From Bilabrum cf. latius (Eukaryota), in assembly GCA_965178125.1 (NCBI GenBank), contig OZ237746.1, forward strand, positions 186,001 through 250,000: 64,000 nt of DNA. Reading direction: 5' to 3'. The translations under genes were made by a program, and so were the position numbers. This document shows positions 11,485-24,900 of this stretch, piece by piece; the stretch's first letter is position 1, and each line of letters begins with the position of its first letter. Below the pieces are notes generated by a model that saw only the letters and a program-made list of their open reading frames with translations, ran no database searches and was not told the DNA's origin.

Positions 11485-14373
11485 TTAGCTCGAGCAGGAG
11501 TGCCTGGTGACCCCTTTCGTCGTCTTCTGCCCGTACATGCTTCCAGGCGACCTCCACTCCTTCTCTGGGACTACAGACCCGCTTGGGTCATCACCTCCGT
11601 TCTTGCCCGCCCCCACGCCATCACCAGCGGTCTCACTGCCCCGGGGCCACGCCTGCCAGCCGTCCCCCACAGCCCCCACTCCCTGTGCCGCCCTCCCGTC
11701 TGCCCTCGAAGGCAGCGATAGCGCCCCTAGCACTGCACGGCCACCCACCGCACGCAGCACCCCGCCCTCCTCGTCGACATCCCAGCCCACGCCGTTGCAT
11801 TGCTCCATGGCACCAAGCAACTCGCTCTCATCAGAGCCGGTTGTGTCACCACCATCCCCAAGCCCCGTGAAGCTAGCGAAGGCAGCAAACCTATCTCTAG
11901 AAGCAGCGAGGCTATCCTCGGCATCCTCTGGCACCTGCATGCCAGGATCGACGGCCCTAAAGCTGATCCCCTCTCGGCCGAACACCAGTCGGTCCTGAGG
12001 CCCCTGGCCTTGGTGCCGGTCCTGGCCCAATCCGCCGCCCATGCCTGCTCCGTTTGTGCTGGTGTCCTGGTGTCCGCGTCCGTCCCAGAGCGGCTTGGAC
12101 AGGCGCTCCACCAGCGCCCTCAATCGCCCCAGCTTCCCTTCCTCTTCCGCCTCCCGCACTGCGCTCCACATGGAGTGGCCTCGGGGAACAACGGCAGGTG
12201 AGGCAGCGAGGGCCACATCTCTGGCCTCGCTACCGCTCCAGCACCGCTTCGGGAGCGGGGCAAGGAACGGCAGCCCGGCAGTTTCGACGGCCGGTCCGTC
12301 CGAATGGCTGGTGCTACTGGTGCTGGTACTACCTCTGCTGCTTCTCGTGTTTCCTGGCTCATCCAACCGGGTCACGTACCCCGAGTGCCAGCCATGGGTC
12401 ACCAGAGCTCCCGCATCCGCATCGCCGCTGCCCATCGCTCCTTCGAACTCTGACAAAGAATCACCTATGCTGCTCGTGCCAGAGCTGTCCTAGGCCGGCT
12501 GTCCCCGAGCGTGTTCGTGCCGTTCATGCCTCCATCGCTTCACCAGATCCTCGCACAGGTGCCCCCACGCCTTCAGCAGCGGCTCGGGGAGGCCATTCCC
12601 GTTCCCCCCGCTGCATGCCTCCAGCAGATCCTCGCGCAGCCTGTCCCCGCTCGTGTGGTTCGCATCTCCGCAATGCAGTGCAATGCACCTCATGGCGTTC
12701 GTGTAGTCCCACTTGGACGCGCACAGCAGCCGCCACAGCCTCCTGGCCAGCACCCAGTCGCTGCCCTCTCCGCCGAGCAGGCGCACCTCCCCTTCGGGTA
12801 ACTCCCACAAAGCGGAATACCCTCTATCGTCACTGCTGCTGCTGCTGATGCTGATGCCGCTGCCTCCGCCCCTCTCGCCCTTCGTACTACCCCCGTTGAC
12901 TGCCCCCAGCGGGCTGCGGGGGCCGTCCAGGTATCCCCACGGGTGTGCCTGCACGAAGGGCACCTCCTTGTTCCCTGAGTCCTCGCCCCCCCCATTGGAG
13001 GGTGTCTCGCCATCCCGCCAGCTGCCCAGCCCCAGCTTGCGTCTCCACACTTCTCTCGCCCCCTGCCTGTACTCGCCATCCGCGGCTGACACCGCCCCCA
13101 CCAGCATGGGCACAGGCACGATCCCCTGCAGCACCGCAGCCATCCTCGTAAGGTTCCAGTGGAGGATGCCCGGCTGCATGGCAAACGAGTACCTGCTGGA
13201 TCGGTCCGACAGGTTGGGGGTATGGTGCGGATCCGCCTCCTCCATCCATCCGTAAGGCCCGTAGTCGATGGTCAGACCGAGCAAGGAGGTGTTGTCTGTG
13301 TTCAGCACGGCGTGGGTGAAGCCCGCCCCCATCCATCCCGCCCCCAGCCGCATTGTTCTCCTCACCATCGCGGCCAGCAGGAGCGCCCCCCTGTCACCCA
13401 GCGTGCCCCACGGCCCCGGCCCGGATCCATCCCCTCCACCCTCTCCCCCCCCCGCTCCCAGCTCCCTCCCCCTCTCCCCCAGCGCCGCTGCCAACTGCCC
13501 CGCCTGCTCGTCGCTCAGGGCTCCGATCGAGTCACCGTACCCCACCTCAAGGGCGTGCTCCACGAGGGCCCGTAGCAGCTGTTCGTCCGGCATCGCGCCG
13601 TTTGAGTGTCCAGCACCAGGACCGCTCCCACTCCCGCTACTTCCTGCCTGGCCTGCCCTCCAGGCGGGGAGCTCCAGTGATCCGATCCTCAAAAAGCTGG
13701 GTGCTAGCCTGGACACCACGCACCCGGGCTCGCACCTGGGATGCCCGTCGTAGAACTCGTCCCTGGCCACTGGGGCACCGGTTGCAACCAGAGACAGTGC
13801 ACGGGATGTGGGGATGCCCGCCGCGGCCATCCACTCGCTTGCGACCAACTCGCGCACGGAGGATCGGAGCACCGCTTTGCCGTCGGCTCCCCTTGAGTAC
13901 GGGGTCTTTCCTGCTCCCTTCAGCTGGACGTCTGCGGACAGCGGTCCCGGGATAACTCGGTCCCGTGAAGCATCCTCGTGTGTTCCCCATGGCACGGTGC
14001 CAAGGGAGGCCGCCCTCCCGTCTCCTAGCTGCCCTGCCCAGCTACCGAACTGGTGCCCGCCGTACCCATGCGCTACCGCTAGAGTACGTTCCCCTTCGGT
14101 AGTGGTCTAGTGCGGCTGGCCTGCCAATCCGGCAATATCATTACTATTTAATGAATTGCAGGAGTTGCTTGCTGATACGCTGCCGCCGAGCAATCGGGTT
14201 CGAACAGCCACGTCATCGGAACGAGCGAGCAGAACCGCATCATTCGGGGCTTCAGTTTCGACTAGCGCGCCTGCAAATCCAGGAATTTGCTGCACTCCAT
14301 CGCTCTCGTATGGCTTCACCGGAAGATCAGCCTGCAAGAACTGGTGCGAGCTAAGTCTCTCATGCATAGACAT
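11485..14373 (-). CDS. selO: Protein adenylyltransferase SelO/YdiU family (~962 aa)
   Basis: Motifs 'YGGHQFGSWAGQLGDGRA', 'QLKGAGKTPYSRGADGKAVLRSSVRE', 'HAVLNTDN', 'TIDYGPYGW' and C-terminal 'SCSS'. One frame through TAGs at 14107 and 12490; ends TAA at 11485-11487. Confidence 0.93.
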
Positions 14374-14537
14374 GCATCGTGACAGGGATCGCTAAATGCA
14401 GCATCCATGGGTAAATACTCTGGCTCCTATCCATTTAGTATACTTCTTTATCATAGTTTCGAGCTTAATCTACGGCCATAGATCGTGTACACCTGTGAAA
14501 TCCAGCAGTTGCCTTTCGACTTGTTGCGTGTACATTT

Positions 14538-15979
14538 ATGAAAGTAAGGAGTATATTGTAAAAAAACGCATTGCTATTGGCCCTTCGAACGAACCTATTT
14601 GCGGTTGGACGGCGGACATGTATCGATCTGTGAGTATATTTGCGCTTTATGTGGCTCATGATTGTTTGAAAAATAGCTGGAATCGGATCATTGGCTCGAT
14701 TCCGTTTAGTGTGGCGATAAATCGACAGAGCTGAACCCAATGACGCATGACAAGGGCTTATTGGCTGGTTCTTGGGGGCTGCGGTGGATGATCGTGCGAT
14801 GATCACTGCATCAATGCAAATAGAGGCCTATGTGTATCATTTATGGTCGTCGTGCATGATATGTATCCATGGCTCGCCTTGCTGCTGCCAACATGCGAAT
14901 CGCAGGTGCTCCGAGTAGCCGGGCGCATTGCTCTGCCTGCCGTATTGGCAGCAGGGACGGTTGCCACTGGTAGTTTGTCTAGGTGCAATGACGAGGTAGT
15001 TGAGCCCGCTGAGTACCCCTGGAGCCATAAGGGTGTGCTCGGGGCGTACGATACGCCGAGGTGAGGAAGCGTAGACTAGGTCTTGACCGCCCCATTGAGT
15101 ACGTCCACGGTAGCATTGAGCTTGATACCAACCAATCAAGTAGGACAATTGTATCAGTTTGTGCGTGTTACCCCTTTGTGACTGGCATTTTCGCGATTTC
15201 CAGACGCGAATGCTATGTGTCAAGATGAATCCGCATTGCAATGTGGCTTGCCGCGAGCGTTTCTTTACTCAGAAACGAGGTGCTTATCTGAACCAATTCC
15301 TACATATCTACACTTTCCCCTCCGCAGCATCCGGCGAGGATACCAGGTGTACAAGGAGGTGTGCGCCTCGTGCCACAGCATGAAATTCCTGCACTACCGC
15401 AACCTGGTGGGCGTCTGCTACACCGAGGCGGAGGCCAAGGTCCTGGCCGAGGACATCGAGGTCACAGACGGGCCCAACGACGACGGGGAGATGTTCGAGC
15501 GCCCGGGCAAGCTCACGGACCCCTTCCCCTCTCCGTACGAGAACGAGGAGCAGGCGCGGTCCATCAACAACGGGGCGCTGCCCCCGGACTTGTCGCTCAT
15601 CGCCAAGGCCAGGCACGGGGGCGAGGACTACCTCTTCGCCCTCCTCACAGGATACCGCGAGCCGCCGGTCGGCGTGTCTGTGAATGAGTCCGCGGGCCAG
15701 TACTACAACCCGTACTTTCCCGGGTCCAAGATCGGCATGCCCAAGCAGCTCATCGACGGCGGTGTAGAGTACGACGACGGCACCGAGGCCAACGCATCTC
15801 AGATGGCGAAGGACGTGTGCACCTTCCTGACCTGGGCCGCCGAGCCGCACCAGGACGCCAGGAAGAAGGAGGGAGGCAAGCTGCTGGTGGCTCTGTCCAT
15901 CCTGGCCTTCCTGGCTGGGTTCAACAAGAGACTCAGGTGGTCCCCCTACAAGACCCAGAAGTTCACCTACTTCAAGTGA
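14538..15979 (+). CDS. CYC1: Mitochondrial cytochrome c1 (complex III heme protein)
   Basis: Exons 14906-15060 and 15328-15979 encode 'YPWSHKG', '[18 protein letters not shown]', '[10 protein letters not shown]', 'YNPYFPG' and a C-terminal TM helix; TGA stop. The first exon is uncertain: best candidate is ATG AAA|GTAAGG at 14538-14543, alternative is ATG 14843. Confidence 0.95.
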
Positions 15980-16185
15980 GCGAGACAGGCGTTGCCTTGC
16001 CTGCAAGACAGACCGACCAACCGGAATTGCGCTCGCCAGATTGGGTGGGAAGGGGGCTCCAGAGCTGAATCGATTGATGGATTGAGTGGAGAACCGATAG
16101 CACAGATGAACGACTCGAGACTGTATGCAAAGCAGTACAACAGGCAAAACATTTTAAAAAATGTGCCCTCTGTGGCATATGCAGA

Positions 16186-17184
16186 TCACCTCTCCTTGTG
16201 GCTGCACTTGTCCGTGCCCTGAAACCCGCACCGGCTGCACAGCCTCGCCTTGGCCTCCGGGTGCCCCTTGTCGCTGGAGAACACGTGCGTCCCGCACCAC
16301 GCGCAGTGGTCTTCGTGCGCGATACCATGTTGGGTGCACCGGTACGCCACATCCTTGTCGCTTGAAAAGACGTGTCCCCCGCACCGCAGGCACTTGTCCG
16401 ACTTGGAGAACCGGCAGGATGAGCACATGAACATCTGCTGCCGCTCGCTCGATTTCTCGCTGTCGAAAATGTGACGGTCACAGAACCGGGGCGCGGTGGG
16501 GCGGGGCCTATGCTACTGCTGCTACTGGTGGTGGTGGTGGTTTGATGACGGTGTGCTGCTGCTCACACCGCCGGATGATGATGACGACGGCTGCTGCTGC
16601 CCGTGCATCTGCGTTCCCGGCACACTGCCTGTTCCTGGCTAGCCCTACCTCACCTGCGGTGGTGCAAGTCCCGCTGCTGCTGCAAGGACGCCTGCTCCAG
16701 GCTGCTGCTGGCCGGCACCCTGCTGCTACGCGGGAGGAGCGTACCCCGGCGCGGGCTAGGAATAGCCAGCATACGGATTTACTGCCGCGGCGGCTCCCGG
16801 CTGCTGTCCTACCGTAAAGCCTGGAGCATGCGATACTTGTGGATGAGTAACAGCCGGCTGGTAGGGCGATACTGGGACTTGAGCCTCTGCAGATGGCGCG
16901 CTTGGAGCCCCCGGGTAACCAGACCCATTCGCACCGTACGGAGAAGCTGGCACACCGGGGCTTGCGTTGCCTCCTGAATATGATGGCTGATGATTGGGTG
17001 AAGGTGCGGCTCGGGTGGTTGGGTTGTCCATTGAAATCGTCTGCTACGGTGGTTCGCTCGCGGGAACGCCAGCATCTCTGCAACCACACTGCTCCATGAT
17101 TCGGTACCTATAGTGGAATGCGACGTATCCACCGATGAAAAATATCCATATCCAAAAGTACCAGTTCGATGTCACGGAAGACAT
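16186..17184 (-). CDS. Protein with N-terminal hydrophobic anchor, Gln/Pro-rich linker and C-terminal Cys/His-rich PHF5-like zinc-binding domain (~332 aa)
   Basis: ORF fragments 17044-17247, 16756-17031 and 16186-16434 are in one frame, joined by TAGs, several in Gln context (HQ*QQ*H; Q*QTI). C-terminal threefold CxxC/CxxH pattern; TGA stop. Start could be ATG 17247. Confidence 0.6.
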
Positions 17185-17861
17185 TGCTCTGTGCTTCGAG
17201 TGCACGAGGAAAAACCGTGGGTCTGGGAACTCAGTTGGGCTCGTCATCCGCCGCCGGCGCCGGCGGCGGGCGCCGCTGCCACATCGCCGCGAGAGGTAGC
17301 TAGCAACTCGAGCAGGAAAAGAGGCGCACTGAGTACAGCGGTATAAAGTGAAGCCTACCTTACCGCCCTATCGTCAGTCGCGGGATCATGATGCAGTTCG
17401 AGCACTGGCATGGGGCAGCTGCAAAGAGTAGCCGGTCCCCGCCGTGGCCCGTGCAAGGGTGCATGATTGTACCCTCGTGCGATGAGGGTGAGCCCGCACC
17501 CGTGGGGAATACTCGTTCAGCCTCCAAGTCGACCTTGCGCCTCCGAACGCTTGTAGACACGTCTGCTGCTGCCCAGCCCTACCCCATGCCAGCCATGCAG
17601 CTGCTGCTGCTCGTGCATCGACCAAATACTAGCGGTACTGTGCAAAGAGCCGGAATGCGTATGATTCCAGCCGTTGGCTCCACCGTGATTCAAGACGTTC
17701 CCTTCGCTGTGATTCAAGACGTCCGCTGCAGGGCAAAGTGGCGGGCTCTGAGCATTCTGTAAACATAACGTTACAATGAGCTAAATCAGACAGGCCCACC
17801 AGGGGAGCGTGCAATGCTTGCAGCTGCATTTAAGCACTCATTTACAGTACACAGAAGAAAT

Positions 17862-18688
17862 ATGGCTGACTCTGGCGCCTCCAAGACTTACCCCGTGCGT
17901 GCTGGCGAGCTGAAGAAGGGTAAGTTGATCTATTAGAGCTAGTCGACCATGGAGTAATTGAAACAAGTTTTGTACTGACAAGGAACAGGATACAGCTCCT
18001 TGGCGCACCAATCAAACACTGTATTAAGCCCCCCATGTATTTGAATACACATGTCGTGTGTTTTAACTTGGTCGGCGTATCGACCTGGTCTCACCCAGCA
18101 GTGTTTTGCCGCACTGGAGTACCGTTCCCCTTGCCGTTCCGTTGTCGGTATACTATCTCTCGCAGGCAGCCACGTCATCATGAAGGGTGAGCTGAATGCA
18201 TAATACAGTTTGCAAGTGTAGCTGATATATTCTCATGCCCTGTGTTTGATTCTTGGCTCAAATTTGATACTGCAGAGAAGTTCCCGTGCAAGGTGACTGA
18301 GCTCACTACGTCCAAGACCGGCAAGCACGGCCACGCCAAGGCTAACATCACGGCCCTGGACATTTTCACCGGCAAGAAGTACATGGACATCTCCCCCACG
18401 TCGCACAACATGAGCGCCCCCTTCGTGGCTGCCTCTGAGTGGCAGATCCTGACCATCGACGAGGACGAGCAGACCTGCGACCTCATGAACGAGGAGGGCG
18501 AGACCAAGGAGGGCCTGCCCTTCCCCTGCAGCAGCGAGGATTCGGACGCCCCCCTGACCAAGCACGCCAAGAAGCTCCAGGAGCTGTGGGAGGCCGAGAT
18601 GGAGAAGGACGAGCCCGAGCCCGTCAAGGTGCGCCTTGTCGAGGCCATGGACATCCAGGGTGTGTTCTTCATCGGATCCGTGGAGTAA
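17862..18688 (+). CDS. eIF5A: Translation factor eIF5A (163 aa, 3 exons)
   Basis: Exons 17862-17919, 18166-18186 and 18276-18688 give 'TYPVRAGELKKGSHVIMKEKFPCKV' and the hypusine loop 'SKTGKHGHAK'. Ends TAA; AATAAA near 18980. Confidence 0.96.
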
Positions 18689-19087
18689 ATGCAATGCTGT
18701 GGAGCTTGCGGGAGGCGGCTGGAAGAAGAGTGGAGGGCAAAGTGCGTTGGTGCAGAGGGCTTGCTGGCCGGCTTGCTCTAGTGCGGGTGCGCAGTGGTCA
18801 CGGTAGCTATACATGCATGCTTGCTCTTTTGCAGCATCATTGTATGCTACCGTCGCCCACGCAGCGTTACGCTGCGTGGTGCAGCTCTCGTTGTGGGGCT
18901 TGGTGCCCCGTGCGATTGCTCGTCCCGTTGCGCGCGTATTGCCGTGCTGCAAGGCTTGGGTTGCGGATGCGATGTACCGAATAAAAAACGTTTTGCCATC
19001 GAACCCTCTGCCTGGCAGGCCGCGCCTATCAATCACGGCGGGCATCGATCTGCCAGCAGTGAGACATGTTGCATGATGTAGCGCGAA

Positions 19088-21787
19088 TCAGGTACCCATG
19101 ACTTCGGCTGCGCAAGTCACATTAAACAATGATCCTGCATCAATGGCTGATGCTGGATCGCCGCCCTGATCTGCCTCCTATGATTCGCCCAAGCCAGCAG
19201 GGGCAGCGGCAGAGGCAGAGGAAGCTCGCTCCGAATCACCTTTTTCCCCGCTCCCCCCGTGCCGCGCCGCAGCTGCCCAGCCAGTCGGGCGATCTGTTTC
19301 CACGTCGATTTCCGCTCTAGTGCTTGCGTTCTCCTTTGCCCCTGCATCCGCAAACGCGCTCCCCCGCAGGGAGGCAAGGGCCTCGGCCTCATCGGCTCCA
19401 GACACCTTCTGCGGGGCCAGCGTCCGACGGTGCCTCCTATTGGGCTTGTGAGGGCTCCGGGCGCTGCCTCGGCCGTTGCTGCTGTGGCTCTTGCTGCCGG
19501 AAGCATGGTCCCTGTCCCCAGCTGTGGACGGCTCTCTGCTCTCCCCCAGCGAGTCCATGCGGGCTCCGGCCCCCATCTCATGCTCGGATGCCGCGAGCGG
19601 CGCATCGGCACGCGCACTGGCTCGCGTCGCATTCGAGGCCGGGGCAACGTCCCTGCCAGAGCCAGCGCCGGCACCCCATGCACCTGCCGCCTGCGGTGAC
19701 CCCGCGGCGCGATGCCACGCCCCCGACGCACTCGTCACACTCGAATCGAGCGCAGGCATGAGCGAGGGGAAGCCCTCCTCCTCCTCGTCGCCGCCCTTCA
19801 TCTCCCCCTGGGCTCTCGATGGTGATCCATTCGATAGTGACCCGCTCGATGGTGACCGCGCACGTGACTCGGCCTGTGCGCTGCTAGCCCCGCCTCCCAG
19901 CTGCATAGACACCGCTGCATCGTCCTCCTCCTCCTCCTCCTCCTCCTCCTCCTCTGCAGCACCCGACGCAGCGCGCCGAGGCAGTGCCATGGACCCGCCT
20001 GACCATCCCCTGCTCGTGGCCCGGCTGCCGCCGTCCCCTCCCGGCTCTGCCTGACTCATCTTCTTCTCTCTATCCCTGCCTCTGCTCTTGCTCTTGCCCC
20101 TGGCCCCCTTCTTGCCCCTGCCGCGTGACACCAGCCCCCGCGCAGACGCCGGGGCAAGCGCCTTGTGCCTCCAGTGCGAAGGCAGCACTGGCCCGATGAT
20201 CTCGCGCCTGCACTGCTCGTACAGAGCAACCGCGTCTGGCCTTGGAGGCAGCAGCACACGCGGCCTGCCCTTGGAGTCAGGAGGCAGTTCCGCGGGGCCC
20301 ACTAGCGGAGATCTAGCCGGGGAGTCCAAGTCACTGGCACTAGCGACAGCTGTGCCCCTGCCTGTGCGATGCACTCCCAGTTGCGGTGCCCCGCTGGTTT
20401 CTCCATCGCTGGACCAGGACCAGGACCCGGTTGCAACCCTCGCAATGCCAGCTCTAGCCGCTCTCTCCCCGATCGCGTCAGCCTGCAACGCGATGGCCCG
20501 GTCCTGGTCCATCTCTCGGTGGATCTGGGACTGGGACTGGGACAGGGACTATGAGTCACTGGTTGCTCTTGACGGACCGACGATGCCCTGCGTGCCTGCG
20601 GCTGGAACACCGCCTCCCTTCTCATGTTCCCTGTCCTGTCCGTGTTCCTTGCCCGTGCTACTTACCCCTTGTTCCCTGGCCCCCACCCCCACCCCCACCA
20701 GCCCATCATCGCGCCACTCCTCGAGGCAAAGGAGGGCCCTCGCGTGGCCCGGCCCGATCACAGCACCAGGGAACCCGGGAAGGACCGCCACTCCGCGCGG
20801 CGCCGCATCAGCGGAACCTTCCTCGAGTCCGAACCAGAATATGGCCAGGCCGGGCCCGTAGTGCGCCGTGTAGCCCTCGAGCTGAGCCCGGTGGCTCTCC
20901 CCTATGGCCGTCCTGTCCCCCCACATGGCCTTGGAGTCGATCCAGTGGATCACGCGAGGCTTGCCCCCCGGGTCTAGGATGCCCAAGGGCACCTTCAGCA
21001 GGATGTCCGGAGTCTTGGGCAGCCCCGCCAGTCTTCCTTCCTCCTCGGTGGTATACTCCGCCCCGATCGCGTCCAGGCATGCCTCCAGGTGCCTCTCGAA
21101 CCGCCGGCCCGTCTCCAGGCGGTACCTGTCCTCTGCCGGGGTGCAGCAGTAGTCCAGAGCCAGGCACTCGCACAGCTGTTCCCTGAGGGCGGGGTGCGGG
21201 CAGGTGCGCGGGTCGGCCACCCACGCCCTGGTGCTCTCTTCCGTGAAGCTGCGGGCGGGAGGGAAGGCTGGCACGGCGGCGGGATTTTTGTGCCCGGCGC
21301 GTGGCTCGCCGCCCCCGTAGCTTAAACGGTCTAATGCGGCACCGGAAGGGCGTCCATGCCCGGGGCCAGAGGCTCTCTTTTGTCTGGACTCGCGAGCGCT
21401 TGGTGGCGGTTGGCCACGAGGCCCCCGAGCACGACTGCTTTGAGAGCCGGCACGACCAGCAGCTGGCAGCCGAATACCAGCCTGACTTTCTACTTGAGAC
21501 AGGACGATTCGCACGAATCTCCAAGGGGGAAATTCGGCTGCTTTGGCAAGCACGGCAAGGGTGCACTGCTCTGATCCTTGCAAGGGCCTTTTTGATGCCT
21601 ATTGACAGGTCTTCCAAGACCTCTTTGCATCGCTGCGAATCTATTTGTAAGTTTCCTAGACGTGTCTCTGTGATAGCTGCAGGAATGACGCAATCCATCC
21701 CTCAGCTAATCGTTTCGACTTGCATTCGCCTAGTTGTAATGGGTGCGTCTGACCCCAAACGAAATGTTTCTAGCTGATAGGATCCAT
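19088..21787 (-). CDS. CDIN1: CDIN1/C15orf41-like (TPD-motif) nuclease-fold protein with long low-complexity C-terminus
   Basis: Motifs 'KTPDILLKVP', 'IHWIDSKAMWGD' and 'QLEGYTAHYGPGLAIFWFG'. The frame is open from ATG 21787 to TGA 19088 with only TAG interruptions (e.g. 21599, 20549, 19178). Start is approximate. Confidence 0.8.
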
Positions 21788-21972
21788 GTATATGTTATAA
21801 ATCACCGCATCATGAGAAGCTAGTCATTATGCGCACCCGTCGAGATAAATAGGCGCCACAAGTTTGCATTCGAATATTTGGTTCGGCCGAAGGAGTGTGA
21901 CGATGACTCGAGATTGGTTGGTTACAACCGCTTGGTGGAGCTGCGTGGCGCGCTCAGCTCAGCTCTGAACCA

Positions 21973-24900
21973 ATGGGGACCTGTTGCTCTTTGGAAGGCG
22001 GGCTATGCAACGAGGACTTTGATTTTGATGACCCGGACGGGAGCATCAAGAGAGAAGAAGAGGACAAAAAGAGGCAGGCAGCCCTGCAACAGCAAGAAGC
22101 CGCTCGATAGATGCTGAGCACTGCGCCTGCAAAAGAGGTGCAAAAACTAGATGTATCTCCGTTACTTTTTAAACTGACGATTGAAGACAAGGGAACGAGC
22201 CAGCCCCCACCAGGTAAGACATGTACACGTGCGCTCGCAGCGAACGGTTGAGAGTCGGTCGTGCTGCTTCTCGAGTCCACTCGCGTTTACATCTCACATG
22301 CGATGCCGCAGACAGGTAGCTGCAGCTATGCGTCGAGGCGATGTCTGGACTCAAGGCGCAAGTACGTGAAAAGCTCAGGCAAGCACGAGCACAGGCAAGC
22401 AGAGCTGGACGCGGCAAGCCGAAGCAGCAGCAGCAGCAGCAGCAGCAGCAGGCCGTGCTTGTGGGAGCAGACGCAAAGGACCTGCACGAGCTCTTAGTTC
22501 GGGTGGAAGGAGGCCTCAGTCTGGCGGTGGACCCCGTCACGCTCGCCGCTGTGCAAGCGAGGCAGTCCCGCACGGACATCCAGGACAAGCTCCAGGCCAT
22601 GGGATAGTCTGAGAGCGTGGACAGAGAGACAGCCGCCTTCATTCAGGCGCAGTTCTCTAGCGTCCAGCAGGACATTCAGTCGCAGGCTTCAGGATCGCGC
22701 GCCTCGGTGTCCGGCAGCATGGAGGCGGGCAAGAACGGGGGACCAGTGCGGGAGCACCCGCTGTCCATCGCCATCGCCGATGCTCGAGCGGCCAGAGAAC
22801 CTTCACGAACCCAGACGGCCGCTCTTAGGTCGCTGCCCGGAGCTGTGGCTGGTCTCGAACCTGCGCGAATCGCCGATGCCGAGGACGACGACGACATCAT
22901 TGGTGGCGGGGCGGCGGCGATCGTGCAGCTCACCTACGCGAGCAACAGCAGCGAAGACGAGCAAGAAGAGGACGATGAGGACGAAGAAGATGGTATTGAC
23001 GTCGATGTTGCCGGTAATGAAGGGGCTGGCACACAGGGGGGACCAAGCACTGAAGCAGCAGCAAGCCGAAGCTCGCTCAAAAAACCGAGCCGAGCACACA
23101 TGTCAAAAAGCTCAAGCATGAGCTCGGGAAGGAGAACGAAAAGGAAGGAATCGAAGAAGACGAGGGCAAAGCGCAGGATGCGCAGGCAGAGCCAGGCGGT
23201 CGAGGACATGGATCGCCTGGTGAGGGCGGCTTCCTTCATCAACATCGCCATGGCGAGGGATCCTGCCGCCCCCCCGGTCGGCGGAGTTGGCGGGGCGCGG
23301 GGCCACGGAGCCGGGACCGCAATCGGGGGCATAGGAGGCAGCATGTGGACGCCTATCGGAGGACCGAGGAACGTTCCTCTCGGGAGTCCCTCTGTGAGAA
23401 CCGCGGCCCGTTCTGCCTCAACCGGTGCGATGCGAGGAGCTGTCGGAATCGGTGCGTCACAGTATCCTGACGGGGTGGTAGGTGGGGAGGGGGAGGGGGA
23501 TGGAGGCGAGGGGTCGGCCGGGTCACCATCTTCCAGGAGACCCTCGCTCTCTCAAATTCCAATGATCAACAGCGCGAGAGCGCCTGGATCCAGATCGGAC
23601 AGTCCGCCGATGACTCACAAGCTCAGGCCACGCAGCTCCGTGGGTGCTGTGGAGGGTCCGAGTGGCGTGGGGGTGCCTGGAGCAGCCCAGCCGCCCTCGA
23701 GCCTGGCGGTCCGACACCTTTTGGCAGTGGCTAGGAGGAGCCAGCTGGCAATGGTGAACGAGGAGGAGGAAGGAGGCAATGCCTCGGGGAGGGAGGAGGA
23801 GGAAGAAGAAGAAGAAGAATCGAAGTAGGAGCGGGGAGGCAGACCGGTAGCGAGAAAGTCGAGCAGTCTCGGAGCAAACCGACACGCGGGCAGTGGCGGC
23901 AGCACAAGGGCCGGTACCGGTACCAGTGCAACCCCATTGCAGCACCCCAGCTCACAAGCAGACCATGACGAGGGCGCGGAAGACGACGAACATGGTGACA
24001 CTCCGCAGATGCAGCTGGGCGGGAGCGCCATCGCGGATGCACCAGCTCCGGCCCCGGTTCCCGACTCGGCGCGCAAGGCCTCCTCCAGCCAGGACGACGG
24101 CTCCATCCAGAAGAGGACGAGCCTCGACGTCGCGTGGTCGGGCAGGACCAGGTCGAAGAGCGCGGACAAAGACGACGTCTCGCTGGATGCCGGCCTCAAG
24201 CCGGTGCAGCTCACCCGGAGGGGGTCAAAGACCAGCATGACGCTCGGAGGGTACGGAGGCCTGCTGCAGGACCTGCCATCTAGAGTGAGCAGCAAGGGCA
24301 GAAAACGGGCAGGGAAGATCCTGCAGCTGATCGGGTCCTACGATTTCGATCCCATCGGCTTGGACAGGTGGACAAAGGGACACGCAGTCGCGATCGTGGT
24401 TCCCATCGTGCTGCGCGCCGCCGGCTACTTGCGGGCAGGCTCCTCCCAGCCCGACCCGATGCTTTGCGTGCGCGTCGAAGGCATCGGCGGCTCGGGCTCC
24501 AACTCGGGCGAGGGAACAGCCCGGACCAAGCAAAACCTCCTCGCTCCCTCGGATGCACGGGAAGCGCTGGCGCGGTTCCCCCAGATGGACGGCTCCAAGA
24601 TGTCGAGCTTTCTGCAGTCTGTGCTCAAGGGCTACAGGCGCGCCAGCAACCCGTTCCACAATGACGTGCACGCCGTGGACGTGATGCACACGGTGTTTGT
24701 CATGCTGCAGTCCCCGCTGCTCTTCGAGGTGTTCTCCGCCGAGCAGGGACTCGCCATGGTCCTGGGGGCGCTCCTGCACGACCTGGGGCACCCCGGCCTG
24801 ACCAACAACTTCCTCGTCGCGACCGCGCACCCACTGGCCCTGAGGTACAACGACCAGTCGGTGCTGGAGAACATGCACATCGCAGAGGCATTCAGGCTCA

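Noticed and set aside
17360-17829. Small gene between the PHF5-like gene and eIF5A
   Set aside because: ORFs exist on both strands but show no motifs or clear coding bias. The stretch is more likely UTR or promoter.
17920-18165. snoRNA in eIF5A intron 1
   Set aside because: A short hairpin (caagga..tccttg) is present, but there are no convincing C/D or H/ACA boxes.
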